Of a stretch of 64,000 nt of DNA, positions 18,591-28,323 are shown in pieces (position 1 is the first letter of the stretch; each line of letters starts with the position of its first letter). Made by a program: the position numbers and the translations under genes. This DNA is from an uncultured Verrucomicrobiaceae bacterium (GTDB lineage Bacteria > Pseudomonadota > Gammaproteobacteria > Pseudomonadales > CAMLJR01). The stretch lies in contig CAYLRA010000010.1 of NCBI GenBank assembly GCA_964386045.1, positions 8,809 to 72,808 on the forward strand, given 5' to 3'. The notes under the pieces are model-generated. The model saw nothing but the letters and a program-made list of their open reading frames with translations. It did no database searches and had not been told where the DNA came from.

Positions 18591-19853
18591 CTACTTCAGC
18601 CCCATGCAGTTGGCGTAGTAGGTGACGGTGCCCGGCCAGTCGCTGAAGACGCCGAGCACGCCGACCTCCTTCGCCAGCACATGCAATGCCTGCATCATGT
18701 CACCGTCGTTGTTCACGGCGCTCGCCACCGTCTGGTAGTACCAGCCTCCGCCGCCCGCCAGCGGACCGGAGCGCTCCAGCGTCCAGGTAATGATGTCGAG
18801 GCCAGCCGCCTTCGCATCCTTTGCATACCGCGACGGCACGATGCGCCCCCTGCCATCGACATCGAGCAGCGCGAACAGCGGCGGCGCGATGATGCGCACG
18901 CCCTCGGCGCGCAGCTGCTTCAGCTCGGCCAGCGACGGATATTCCGTCGGTGCATCGAGATCGTCGAGATAGACCGCCTGCTTGCCGAAGTACGGCTCAT
19001 TGGCGATCCAGTAGCGCACATCCTGCAGATCGAACGACTGCGGGAAGACATCGCGCGGCGACACACGCGCCTCTTTGTACTCGTCGATCAACTGCTGCGC
19101 GTACTGCGCCTGCGTGTAGCTCCCTTCGAATGGCATCGGCACACTCGCCGATTTCAACTCCGGCGTCATCTTCACGCCAAGTTTCCTGAACAGCGCGATA
19201 CTCTCCCTGTGGGTCAGCAACGTACCGCGGCTGGCGTAGAGATCGGTGCGCCAATTCGCGGTGCCGCCGAGATACTCCGCAACCGTGGTCGCGCGTGGAT
19301 TGAACGCATCCATCTTCCCCTTCAGCTGCCTGAACTCTGCCAGCGTGATGTCGCTGGTGCAGCACTGCGCCTGTGCCGGCGTGCCGGCGACCGGATCGGC
19401 CGGCTGGAACGGCACCGAACACTTTGCCGCCAGCTCGGGGATTTCAAGAATGTTGGTGGTGGTGTGCAGGTCGCACTGCGAATGGCGGCAGACCAGCTCG
19501 CGATCCCGGGTGAAGGTGACGTCGCATTCGAGCACACCGGCGCCCATGCGCGCGGCGGCCTCGTAGGACTCCTTCGTGTGCTCCGGAAACTGCAACGGCG
19601 CGCCGCGATGACCGATCGAGAACTCACTCTTTCTGAACGGACCTTCGGCGCACGACTGCAGTTTGCGCTTCAGTGCGCCGTCATCCATGTCGTCGACCAG
19701 AAAATAGGGGCGCGGCCCGACCTGCACCGAGACCTTGTCACCCTGTTTTCCAAAGCGACGCTCATCGCCGCCGATGCCGGCACAAGCCGACGTGAAGACA
19801 CCCACCGTAAGCATTGCGGCCAATGGCCACTGCCAATCGAATCGAAATTTCAT
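18591..19853 (-). CDS. Glycerophosphodiester phosphodiesterase-family lipoprotein
   Basis: [24 protein letters not shown] (lipobox), then the GDPD core [47 protein letters not shown]. Start taken at the internal Met of ORF 18591-19964. Confidence 0.82.
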   Translation of the reverse strand: MKFRFDWQWPLAAMLTVGVFTSACAGIGGDERRFGKQGDKVSVQVGPRPYFLVDDMDDGALKRKLQSCAEGPFRKSEFSIGHRGAPLQFPEHTKESYEAAARMGAGVLECDVTFTRDRELVCRHSQCDLHTTTNILEIPELAAKCSVPFQPADPVAGTPAQAQCCTSDITLAEFRQLKGKMDAFNPRATTVAEYLGGTANWRTDLYASRGTLLTHRESIALFRKLGVKMTPELKSASVPMPFEGSYTQAQYAQQLIDEYKEARVSPRDVFPQSFDLQDVRYWIANEPYFGKQAVYLDDLDAPTEYPSLAELKQLRAEGVRIIAPPLFALLDVDGRGRIVPSRYAKDAKAAGLDIITWTLERSGPLAGGGGWYYQTVASAVNNDGDMMQALHVLAKEVGVLGVFSDWPGTVTYYANCMGLK

Positions 19854-19963
19854 CCTGACCTCCCTGCAGTGCTGATGAAAGCGCGGCCCGCGCCGACTAC
19901 GTCGAACGGGCCGAAGAGTGGAATCAGTCGGGCGGCGCATCTCGCGTCGCCCAGGCCACCGCA

Positions 19964-20536
19964 TCAGACGCGGCGACGACGCAGCGTGGCGAGCCCGAGT
20001 ACACCGGAACCGAACAGCCAGGCGGCCGCCGGCAGCGGTACCGCCTGCACATCGACCTCCAAGCGGTAGTCGTAGCTGCTGTCGAAGCTGAGGAACGACT
20101 CGCCGCCAACCGCGATGGTGTAAACACCCGTTGTCGGCAACAGCAGCGTCAGCAGTGCGTCATTGCCGGCGGTGCCGTAGAACGGCGAGCCGCCGATGTA
20201 GCCGAGGCCGGCGAAATCGCCACTGTTGGAGAAGCCGGGAACGATCAGCTGGAACTCGCTGGTGAGCTGGCCACTGTAGACACTGATCGCCGCATCGAAG
20301 CCGTTGCTCAGGCTGAAGACGGAGAGCGTAACGGTATCGCCAGCCTGGCCACTGAAGCTCCAGAAATTCAGCTCGTCACCGTCGATCGGATTTTCCCAGG
20401 ACCAGGCATCATTGCGGGTGGTGCTGCCGAAGAAGGTGCCACCGCCAGTGACATCGCCCTGATAGAGCGCGGCATTGGCGACGCCGGCAACCAGTGTCAG
20501 CAGCAGGATGGAAAGCAGTTTGTTCATGTTCATCAC
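19964..20536 (-). CDS. Secreted protein with VPLPA-CTERM (PEP-CTERM-like) sorting signal
   Basis: Signal peptide [23 protein letters not shown]-terminus [25 protein letters not shown] (motif, TM helix, Arg cluster). Confidence 0.75.
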   Translation of the reverse strand: MMNMNKLLSILLLTLVAGVANAALYQGDVTGGGTFFGSTTRNDAWSWENPIDGDELNFWSFSGQAGDTVTLSVFSLSNGFDAAISVYSGQLTSEFQLIVPGFSNSGDFAGLGYIGGSPFYGTAGNDALLTLLLPTTGVYTIAVGGESFLSFDSSYDYRLEVDVQAVPLPAAAWLFGSGVLGLATLRRRRV

Positions 20537-20587
20537 TCCAAGGCAAGAAGGGTGGAGGCGGAGGCAGGCGCCTCCGCCTGTAGCGAA

Positions 20588-21985
20588 TTACAGGATGCCG
20601 TCGTTCCACGGGCCGGTAATGGCGTAAGTGATACCGAGCTGCGTGTTGACGAACAGCCAGCGATCGTAGAAGCAGGCGCCACACCACTCGATATTGCGTT
20701 TGTTGCCAGCCGTCATCGCCGTGCCCGGGAAAACGCTGCGGATCTGCGCGATGTCACCGGCAGTCAGCACCGTGTTGTTGTGGGCGAACTCGAACATCTC
20801 GCCAGCGGTGTTGAGGCCCCACAGACGCTGCACCGGGTTGCTGCTGTCCTCGCACAGCATGATGCCGCCGCGCGGGCTGACCGCCAGGTTGTCGGGCATG
20901 TTGAGGCCCGGAGCCGTCGAGGCGTCGGCCACCACGGTCAGACGCTCGCGACGCGGGTCATACATGAACACCTGGCCGCGGCGATTGGTGCTGCCATCGG
21001 TGGAGGTGAAATAGATCATGCCGCTGTCATACCAGCAGCCTTCGAGGCGCGAGAAGCTCGAACCGCCGTTGGCCGCGCCGCGGGTGTAGCAGCCGGTCTG
21101 CGACGGATTCGGTACCGGCACCCACTCGACTTCCCAGCTCTGTCCCTGCGCGAAGCTCGGGTAGCCACCGTTGCCGCCGAAGTTGAAGTTGTTCTGATTG
21201 ACGACCTTCAGCATCTCCAGCGCGCCACCGTCGGTCAGGCGACCGTAGGTGTTGGGGCGGAAACGGTAGAAGCCCGAGCGCGTGGCATCTTCGGTTTCGT
21301 AGATGAACCCGGTCACCGGATCGACCGCGACGGCCTCGTGCGCGAAGCGACCCATGTCGGTCAGCGGAATGGGCTGTGCGGCGCCGAAACCCGGCACTTC
21401 GAACACCCAGCCGTGGCTGCGACCAAAAGTCGAGGTGGTCTCTTCGCAGGTCAGCCAGGTGCCCCACGGCGTCAGGCCGCCGGCACAGTTGGTCGACGTA
21501 CCGCTGATGCTCATCCACGACGAGAGCCACTTGCCGGTGAATACATCGAACAGCAGGTTGGAACAGCCGCCCGGCGCGTTGGTGTCGTAGATCGCCGGCG
21601 ACGGCACGGCGGGACCAGCGTTGCGAACCTCGTGGTTGCGCACCAGCGCGATCTGGTTGCCGCGCGCGGCGACGACCGCCATGCCGTCGTGCAGACCTGG
21701 CGTGGCAACGCCGTCGCTCATGCGCGAGCCGACCCAGCCATAGCTGGAGTAGCTGAAACCTTCCGGCAGCAGCAGCAGCGGCAGACCGGTGGCGTCGTCG
21801 TTGACCGGCTCCAGCGGGCCGTAGTCATTGGTGAACGGTGCGGCGAACGCCTTTCCCGCGCCGAGGCCGACCAGCGACAGCGCGGTGGCGCCGGCAGCGC
21901 CGCTCTTCAGGAAGTCGCGGCGATTGACCGCGGCATTGGTGGATACGATCTCGCCGTTTTCCAGCTTCTCGTGATTGTTCAGCAT
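20588..21985 (-). CDS. PhoX-family (DUF839) phosphatase, Tat-exported
   Basis: Twin-arginine signal NRRDFLKSGAAGATALSL, then the PhoX-like beta-propeller body (LPEGFSYSSYGW..., GTSTNCAGGLTPWGTWLTCEE, PDNLAVSPRGGIMLCEDS). Confidence 0.78.
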   Translation of the reverse strand: MLNNHEKLENGEIVSTNAAVNRRDFLKSGAAGATALSLVGLGAGKAFAAPFTNDYGPLEPVNDDATGLPLLLLPEGFSYSSYGWVGSRMSDGVATPGLHDGMAVVAARGNQIALVRNHEVRNAGPAVPSPAIYDTNAPGGCSNLLFDVFTGKWLSSWMSISGTSTNCAGGLTPWGTWLTCEETTSTFGRSHGWVFEVPGFGAAQPIPLTDMGRFAHEAVAVDPVTGFIYETEDATRSGFYRFRPNTYGRLTDGGALEMLKVVNQNNFNFGGNGGYPSFAQGQSWEVEWVPVPNPSQTGCYTRGAANGGSSFSRLEGCWYDSGMIYFTSTDGSTNRRGQVFMYDPRRERLTVVADASTAPGLNMPDNLAVSPRGGIMLCEDSSNPVQRLWGLNTAGEMFEFAHNNTVLTAGDIAQIRSVFPGTAMTAGNKRNIEWCGACFYDRWLFVNTQLGITYAITGPWNDGIL

Positions 21986-22201
21986 CTCTCATCTCCAGGT
22001 CGTGTCGTTGCTCTGAAATCAGTGGTTGAGCACCAGGCTCGACGGGAGGCTATGCAGCAAAGATTAAAAACTGATAAAAATTTCGAAACCGAAACGTATT
22101 ACTTTCTGAAAATCTAACGTATTTATTCAGCTTCATACGTCAGACAAAACCATCGCGAACGGCCCGCGATAGCGCAAGGGAAGAGAAAACGAAGGACGCG
22201 A

Positions 22202-22993
22202 TCAGGCGGAGGCATCCAGCGCCGCGTCCGGGCGCGCGTCTCGGGTGCGTTCGTAGCGGCGGATGATGAACAGCGAGATCTCGTAGAGCACCAGCAGCGG
22301 CGTGCCGAGCGCAATCTGCGAGAAGAGATCGGGCGGCGTGATGATGGCGGCGACGGCATAGGCGCCGACGATCGCATAGCGCCGGTTGCGCGCCAGCGAC
22401 TCCGCCGAGACCAGCCCCAGCTGCGCCAGCAGGAACAGCAGCACCGGCAACTCGAAGCTCAGCCCGAAGGCGAGGATCATGTGCATCACCAGATTCAGGT
22501 ACTCGCTGACGCGCGCCTCCAGCTGCACGGCGATACCGGTCTCGGCGGCACCGCTCTCGAAGCCGAGAAAGAATTGCCACGCCACCGGAAAGACGCCGTA
22601 GTAGGCGACGGCCGCGCCGATCAGAAACAGCAGCGGCGTCGCGATCAGCACCAGCCGCATCGGCCGCCGCTCACTGAGATAGAGTCCGGGCGCGACGAAG
22701 CGCCAGATCTGGATCAGGATCAGCGGCAGCGTGCAGAAGAGCGCGGCGAATGCCGACAGCTTCAGATAGGTCAGGAAGGCTTCGTGCAGGCCGGTGTAGA
22801 TCATGCGACGGTCGGCGTCGGGGCCGAACGCGTCGAGCAGCGGCTGCATCAGGAAGGCGTAGATCTGCTGCGCGAACAGGTAGCTGACGCCGAACATCAG
22901 CACGAACGCCAGCACGCAGTAGAGCAGCCGGCGCCGCAGCTCCAGCAGATGCGACAGCAGCGGCGCCCGGCTCAGATCGATCTCGTCGCTCAC
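22202..22993 (-). CDS. tatC: Twin-arginine translocase subunit TatC
   Basis: PLLSHLLELRRRLLYCVLAFVLMF..., 6-TM TatC architecture, overlaps the tatB stop. Confidence 0.93.
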   Translation of the reverse strand: MSDEIDLSRAPLLSHLLELRRRLLYCVLAFVLMFGVSYLFAQQIYAFLMQPLLDAFGPDADRRMIYTGLHEAFLTYLKLSAFAALFCTLPLILIQIWRFVAPGLYLSERRPMRLVLIATPLLFLIGAAVAYYGVFPVAWQFFLGFESGAAETGIAVQLEARVSEYLNLVMHMILAFGLSFELPVLLFLLAQLGLVSAESLARNRRYAIVGAYAVAAIITPPDLFSQIALGTPLLVLYEISLFIIRRYERTRDARPDAALDASA

Positions 22994-23298
22994 GACGGCT
23001 TCGCCGCCTCGGTCGCCGGCGCGCTCTCCGACGTGTCGGCGACAGGCTCGGCCATTGCCTGACGGACGTGCTCGGGTAGCAGCGAGTGGAAAGCTGGCTT
23101 GCCATCCGGGGTGATCTGCGCGGCATCGATCTCGTTCTCCAGCCGGCGCAGGTTGAACATCTGTTCGCGGTAGAGCCGCTGCATCCGACCGACCACCTGG
23201 CCGACGCCGCGCGCCAGCCGGGGCAGATCCCTGGGGCCGACCACGATCAGCGCCAGCACGGCGACGAAGGCAATTTCACCCCAGCTGAGATCGAACAT
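22990..23298 (-). CDS. tatB: Twin-arginine translocase subunit TatB
   Basis: MFDLSWGEIAFVAVLALIVVGPRDLPRLARGVG... Confidence 0.88.
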   Translation of the reverse strand: MFDLSWGEIAFVAVLALIVVGPRDLPRLARGVGQVVGRMQRLYREQMFNLRRLENEIDAAQITPDGKPAFHSLLPEHVRQAMAEPVADTSESAPATEAAKPS

Positions 23299-23316
23299 GC
23301 GCGCACTCCGCCCGTG

Positions 23317-23517
23317 TCACTCGCGCCCCGGCGCGGCCGGATCGACACTGGCCTGCGCTGGCTTGTCGACGGCGGGCGGCGCATCGTCGCGCATGCCGAG
23401 CTTGAAGCTCTTGATCCCCTCGGCGAGATCACCCATCAGCTGCGGAATCTTGCCGCGCCCGAACAGCAGCAGGAACAGGACAACGACGAGGGCGATCTGC
23501 CAGAAACTGAGTGCCAT
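23317..23517 (-). CDS. tatA: Twin-arginine translocase subunit TatA
   Basis: [39 protein letters not shown] (66 aa). Internal Met of ORF 23317-23733. Confidence 0.88.
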   Translation of the reverse strand: MALSFWQIALVVVLFLLLFGRGKIPQLMGDLAEGIKSFKLGMRDDAPPAVDKPAQASVDPAAPGRE

Positions 23518-23650
23518 GGCGCTACTCCGGGGGTGGCTGCAACGGAAACGATGCCAAGCATCCCAGCCGTTGATGACAGCAGCGTGACGTCTGCTGACGA
23601 CAGCGTGGCTTCTGATGACGACAGAAGAGTTCACCACTCGGGCAGCCCGC

Positions 23651-24073
23651 TCAATCCGGCGGCAGCATTTTCGGATTCCACGCCACTTCCCACAGATGGC
23701 CGTCGGGGTCACGGAAATAGCCGGTGTAGCCACCCCAGAACGCCTCGCCGGCCGGCTTGACGATGACGCCGCCGGCCGACTCGGCCTGCCTCAGTACGGC
23801 ATCGACTTCGCGCTTCTCGCGCACGTTGTGCGACAGCAGCACCGGCGACACGCCGCCACTGGCGAGCGTCACACCGGCATCGTGTTCGAGGCTGCGGCGC
23901 GGCCACAGCGCCAGTCGCAGCCCCGGCTGCAGATCGATGAAGACGACGGCGCCGAACTCGAACTCTTCGCCGACGATGCCGTCGGTCGCAAGGCCGAGGC
24001 CGTCGCGATAAAAGCGCAGGCTGCGTTCGAGGTCGTCGACGCAGAGGGTCAGGAACGACAGGCGGGGTTTCAT
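23651..24073 (-). CDS. VOC/glyoxalase-family protein
   Basis: [24 protein letters not shown]...[17 protein letters not shown], 140 aa. Confidence 0.8.
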   Translation of the reverse strand: MKPRLSFLTLCVDDLERSLRFYRDGLGLATDGIVGEEFEFGAVVFIDLQPGLRLALWPRRSLEHDAGVTLASGGVSPVLLSHNVREKREVDAVLRQAESAGGVIVKPAGEAFWGGYTGYFRDPDGHLWEVAWNPKMLPPD

Positions 24074-24225
24074 CGCGCATCTCCGGAAATGTCGAGCCCG
24101 TGGATCGCCGCCGGCGCGCAGGCCAGGCCGGCAGCGGCAGCCGAAAGCGCGCGCCGACCATGAGCGCGCGCGCCGATGATGGTATACAGGTCGCCCCGCG
24201 AAATCCGATCAGGAGTCGATACCCG

Positions 24226-25008
24226 ATGAGAGTACTGCTCGCCACCCTGCTGCTGTCGTTGAACTGCGCCGCGCAGGCCGCCGACTGGCACGATGCGCCG
24301 GCGGTGGCGGCGCTGTTCGAGCGCGCCGGTGTCAGCGGCACCTTCGCGCTCTACGATCCGCAGCGCCAGACGCTGACCGGCCACGACCGCGCGCGTGCCG
24401 AAACCCGCTACGTGCCGGCCTCGACCTTCAAGATCCCGCACACGCTGATCGGCCTCGCCACCGGCACGGTGCGGGATGTCGACGAGAAGCTGCCGTACGA
24501 CGGCGAGCCGGTACCGTTTCCGGAATGGGCGCGCGACATGAGCCTGCGCGAGGCGATCGCGGTATCGAACGCGGCGATCTACCAGCAGCTGGCGCGGCGC
24601 ATCGGTCTGGCGCGGGAGCGCGACTACCTCGCGCGTCTCGGCTACGGCAACGGCGAGACCGGCGATCGGGTCGACACGTTCTGGCTGCGCGGCCCGCTGC
24701 GGATCAGTGCGATCGAACAGACCAAATTCCTGGCGCGGCTGGCGGCGCTGCAGCTGCCGTTCGACGAAGCGCAGCAGCGCATCGCGCAACGGATCGTCGA
24801 GCTGGAGCGCGGCGACGACTGGGTGCTGTACGGCAAGACCGGCTGGCAGAACGCGCCCGACGCCGGCGTCGGCTGGTGGGTCGGCTGGGTGGAGCGGCGC
24901 GGCGAGATCTACACGTTCGCGCTGAACCTCGACATTCGCACGCCGGACGATGCCCCCAGACGCATCGAGCTGGGCCGCGCCGCGCTGCGCGCACTCGACC
25001 TCATCTAA
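24226..25008 (+). CDS. Class D (OXA-type) beta-lactamase
   Basis: Signal peptide MRVLLATLLLSLNCAAQA. Motifs S-T-F-K (PASTFKIPHTL), Y-G-N (LGYGNGE), K-T-G (YGKTGW) and W-x-x-G (GWWVGW). Start at the internal Met of ORF 24100-25008. Confidence 0.85.
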   Translation: MRVLLATLLLSLNCAAQAADWHDAPAVAALFERAGVSGTFALYDPQRQTLTGHDRARAETRYVPASTFKIPHTLIGLATGTVRDVDEKLPYDGEPVPFPEWARDMSLREAIAVSNAAIYQQLARRIGLARERDYLARLGYGNGETGDRVDTFWLRGPLRISAIEQTKFLARLAALQLPFDEAQQRIAQRIVELERGDDWVLYGKTGWQNAPDAGVGWWVGWVERRGEIYTFALNLDIRTPDDAPRRIELGRAALRALDLI

Positions 25009-25017
25009 CGATTTCGA

Positions 25018-26211
25018 TCAATCGCGCAGCAGATGTCGGCGAATCTGCCAGCCGAGCCAGATGCCGGCGAAGCAGAGCAGCGCGAACACCCAGCCGGAGA
25101 GCGCCGCCGCCATGATGCCGGAGAGCAGCGTGCCGACGGTGCAGCCCAGCGCCACCATCGCCCCCCACCCCATCAGCACGCCGCCGGCCAGTGCGCGCAG
25201 CGCGGCGCGCCCGTTCGGCAGCTGCCAGCGGAAATCGCCGGCCAGCAGCGCGCTGGTCAGCGATGCCAGCACCAGCGCGACGACGAAGGCACCGTTGGTG
25301 GACCACAGCGCCTGTTTGATCTGCGTCGCGCAACCGGCAAAGGTGTCGAGCCCCTCCAGCCGTGTCGGCAGCCAGCCGACGCGATCGCCGGCGGTGCGCG
25401 CCAGGCTGCCGAGCTCCGCCGTCACGCCGAGCGGCTCGGCGCGCAGGTAGGCGAGTGCGCCGAGCACGCCGATCAGCAGGCCGCCGACATGGGGCGGCCA
25501 GCGCCGCCCCCACAGCGCCTGCCACAGCGAAGCGGCCGGCGCCTCGACCGGCGGCGGCAGGCGGCGACCAAACCACCACGCCAGCAGACCCAGCAGCGCC
25601 AGTTGCAGCAGCAGCGAGCCGGCATAGCCGAAATGGTGTGGCAGCCAGATCACCGGCGCCGCCTGCACGATGCGCAGATAAAGATCGTTCCAGCCGAGAA
25701 AACCGAGCGCGAACCCAATCAGTACGCCGAGCAGCGCCGGCAGCGCGGTCAGCGCCCCTTCGCCAAGGCGGTAGAGCTGGGCGCTGATGCAGGAGCCGGC
25801 CAGCGCCATGCCGATGCCGAACAGCAGCGCGCCGAGCGCGAGCACGACGCTGACCGGACCGATGTGCGCATCCGGCGGCAGCCGCGGCGCGTTCGGCTGC
25901 GGCAGGAAGGCGCCGAACACCGCGTGGTAGGCGAGCGTGCCGACCAGCAGCGCGGCGACGACACCGAGCAGGCCGCGGCCGTCGCGCCGCTCGAACCAGT
26001 CGCGCGTAACGCAGTAGAAACAGAAGCGAGAGCGCTGCAATAGCAGCCCGAACAGCGCGCCGAGCAGCGCGGCGAAGGCCAGCGTGCCGCCCTCCTCCGG
26101 CAGCGCGCGCAGGTAGACGACGAACAGTGCCAGCAGCAGCGCCGCCGGCAGCGACCAGAAGCTGCGTCGACCGATCGATGTCGGCGTGGCGCCTCCGAAA
26201 AAAGTCGACAT
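25018..26211 (-). CDS. YeeE/YedE-family sulfur (thiosulfate) transport membrane protein
   Basis: LLQRSRFCFYCVTRDWF (conserved Cys motif), duplicated multi-TM halves, 397 aa. Confidence 0.8.
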   Translation of the reverse strand: MSTFFGGATPTSIGRRSFWSLPAALLLALFVVYLRALPEEGGTLAFAALLGALFGLLLQRSRFCFYCVTRDWFERRDGRGLLGVVAALLVGTLAYHAVFGAFLPQPNAPRLPPDAHIGPVSVVLALGALLFGIGMALAGSCISAQLYRLGEGALTALPALLGVLIGFALGFLGWNDLYLRIVQAAPVIWLPHHFGYAGSLLLQLALLGLLAWWFGRRLPPPVEAPAASLWQALWGRRWPPHVGGLLIGVLGALAYLRAEPLGVTAELGSLARTAGDRVGWLPTRLEGLDTFAGCATQIKQALWSTNGAFVVALVLASLTSALLAGDFRWQLPNGRAALRALAGGVLMGWGAMVALGCTVGTLLSGIMAAALSGWVFALLCFAGIWLGWQIRRHLLRD

Positions 26212-26298
26212 GGCACCTCCGCCAAAAAAAATGCGGCCCTGACGGGCCGCGAACGTGGAGAAGAATTCGTTGAACGATGTGGCGTGGCGCGCAGCCGG

Positions 26299-27210
26299 TT
26301 ATTTCCCGCCCCAGACCGTCCCGGCCACATTGACCACCGGCACGCCGACGCTGTTGCCGTACTCGGTCCACGAGCCGTCGTAGTTGCGCACGTCATAACC
26401 GAGGATCTTCTTCAGCGCGAACCAGGTGTGGCTGGAACGCTCGCCGATGCGGCAGTAGGTGATGATCGGCTTGCTGCCGTCGACGCCGACCGCGGCGTAG
26501 ACCTTGCGCAGCTCGTCGGCCGACTTGAAGGTGCCATCGGCGGCCACCGCCTGACCCCACGGCACGTTGACGGCGCCCGGCACATGGCCCGCGCGCACCG
26601 CCAGTTCGGCGACGCCGGCCGGCGCGAAGATCTTGCCGTTGAATTCGTCGGGCGAGCGGATGTCGATCAGCGCGGTGTCGGAGCGCTTCTCCGCCACCGC
26701 CAGCACGTCCGGCAGGCGCGCGCGCAGCGAGGTGTCAGCCGCGGCGATCGCGATGTTGCCCGGCTTCGGCGCCTTCACCGTCACCGCCAGCGGTCGCCCT
26801 TCCTTCTCCCACTTCAGGCGGCCGCCATCCAGCAGCTTCACATTCGGAACCTGGTAGATATCGAACACCCAGGCACCCCAGGCGGCGAACCAGTTGTTGT
26901 TGTCGCCGTACAGGATCACCGTCGAATCCTTGTTGACGCCGGCCGTGCGCAGCAGCTTCTGGAAATTCTCACGCGAGGCGATGTCGCGCTGCACCGGATC
27001 GACCAGATCGGTATGCCACGAGACATTGGTGGCGCCGGGAATGTGGCCGCGCTCGTAGACGCCGGGATCGACGCTGACTTCGATGACGCGCACATTCGGC
27101 TTGTTCAGGTTTTTCTCCAGCCACTCGGTGCTGACGAGAAACTCGCTGGCGTGCAGCAGCGGCGTCAACACCGCCAGTGCCGCTCCGACCAGTATCTTCT
27201 TCGCATTCAT
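26299..27210 (-). CDS. Two-domain rhodanese / thiosulfate sulfurtransferase with signal peptide
   Basis: MNAKKILVGAALAVLTPLLHASEF signal. GHIPGATNVSW and GHVPGAVNVPW rhodanese repeats. Active-site loop YCRIGERSSHTWF. Start at the internal Met of ORF 26299-27327. Confidence 0.82.
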   Translation of the reverse strand: MNAKKILVGAALAVLTPLLHASEFLVSTEWLEKNLNKPNVRVIEVSVDPGVYERGHIPGATNVSWHTDLVDPVQRDIASRENFQKLLRTAGVNKDSTVILYGDNNNWFAAWGAWVFDIYQVPNVKLLDGGRLKWEKEGRPLAVTVKAPKPGNIAIAAADTSLRARLPDVLAVAEKRSDTALIDIRSPDEFNGKIFAPAGVAELAVRAGHVPGAVNVPWGQAVAADGTFKSADELRKVYAAVGVDGSKPIITYCRIGERSSHTWFALKKILGYDVRNYDGSWTEYGNSVGVPVVNVAGTVWGGK

Positions 27211-27381
27211 GTTGGTCACCCCTGCCTTGAAGCTGTTGAATTTGGAACGATGCTGGATGTGGAACGGGCCATTTGTAACGCGCCCCGCCGCCGCGACGAA
27301 CCAATTTTTTTCCATAACGATATTCATCGCTCATGCCCTGATGGGCATACCCAGCAGCTATATCAACAACCACATCAACAA

Positions 27382-28323
27382 CTACACTGCCGCCAGCTTC
27401 TCGCGACTGCCCCCGGCCTCGATGACAGATGCCTCCGTCAGCGTCGGCGAGCACAACTCGATGAAGCGATACGCATAACGACGCAGCATGTGGTTGCGTC
27501 GCACCGCGATAAGCGTCTGGTTGGCGGCGAACAGATGGTCGCTCGGCAGCAATGCCAGGCCGCTGTCGCGCTCGGCATCGAAAGCCACGGCGGCGATGAT
27601 GCCGATCCCCATCTCCAGCTCGACGTAAGACTTGATCACGTCGGAATCCATCGCCGACATGACGATATCGGGCACCACGCCGGCATCGCCGAACGAGCGC
27701 TCGATCAATGCGCGGCCAGTGAACCCTTCGTGGTAGGTGATGATCGGGTAGTCGGCAATCGCCTCCAGCGTCAACGGCGTCACCTGCTGCAACGGATGGC
27801 CGGTCGGCACGATGACGGCGTGGTGCCAGCTGTAGAACGGAAACGCGGCGAGCTCAGCCACGTTGCCCAGCGTCTCGGTGGCAACACCGATGTCGGCCTC
27901 GCCCTGCAGCAGCATCCGCGCGATCTCGGACGGGCTGCCCTGATGCAGCTTCAGATGTACTTTCGGGAAGGCGCGCTGAAACGCTGCCACGACGCGCGGC
28001 AACGCATATCGCGCCTGCGTGTGCGTCGTCGCCACCACCAGCTCGCCGGCATCCTGCTGGCTGAACTGCTCCGCCAGCCGCTTGATATTGCCGGCATCGA
28101 TCAGCATCCGTTCGACCAGCTTCGCCACTTCGCGCCCCGGCTCGGTCAGGCCGAGCAGTCGCTTGCCCTTGCGCACGTATAGCTCAACGCCAAGCTCATC
28201 CTCCAGATCCTTGATGTGTTTGGAGACACCGGACTGCGACGTGTGCAGCGCGACCGCGACGTCGGTCAGGTTGAAATTGCGGCGCAATGTCTCGCGAACG
28301 ATACGTAGCTGCTGGAAGTTCAC
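27382..28323 (-). CDS. LysR-family regulator, CysB/Cbl-like
   Basis: [63 protein letters not shown] closely matches the CysB/Cbl N-terminus. Overlaps the cysA stop. Confidence 0.85.
   Translation of the reverse strand: MNFQQLRIVRETLRRNFNLTDVAVALHTSQSGVSKHIKDLEDELGVELYVRKGKRLLGLTEPGREVAKLVERMLIDAGNIKRLAEQFSQQDAGELVVATTHTQARYALPRVVAAFQRAFPKVHLKLHQGSPSEIARMLLQGEADIGVATETLGNVAELAAFPFYSWHHAVIVPTGHPLQQVTPLTLEAIADYPIITYHEGFTGRALIERSFGDAGVVPDIVMSAMDSDVIKSYVELEMGIGIIAAVAFDAERDSGLALLPSDHLFAANQTLIAVRRNHMLRRYAYRFIELCSPTLTEASVIEAGGSREKLAAV

Noticed and set aside
20537-20587. GC hairpin GGCGGAGGC-GCCT-GCCTCCGCC between the PhoX-family gene and the VPLPA-CTERM gene, considered as a terminator or a REP-like copy
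   Set aside because: No T-tract follows on the coding (minus) strand, and it lacks the AGGGGAGGTGCC core of the REP-like family. It is probably just an intercistronic stem-loop.
21986-22201. AT-rich region upstream of the PhoX-family gene, examined for a Pho box and for small genes
   Set aside because: I could not find a convincing CTGTCAT-type direct repeat or a credible ORF by eye. It is left as an ordinary promoter/terminator spacer pending a PWM scan.
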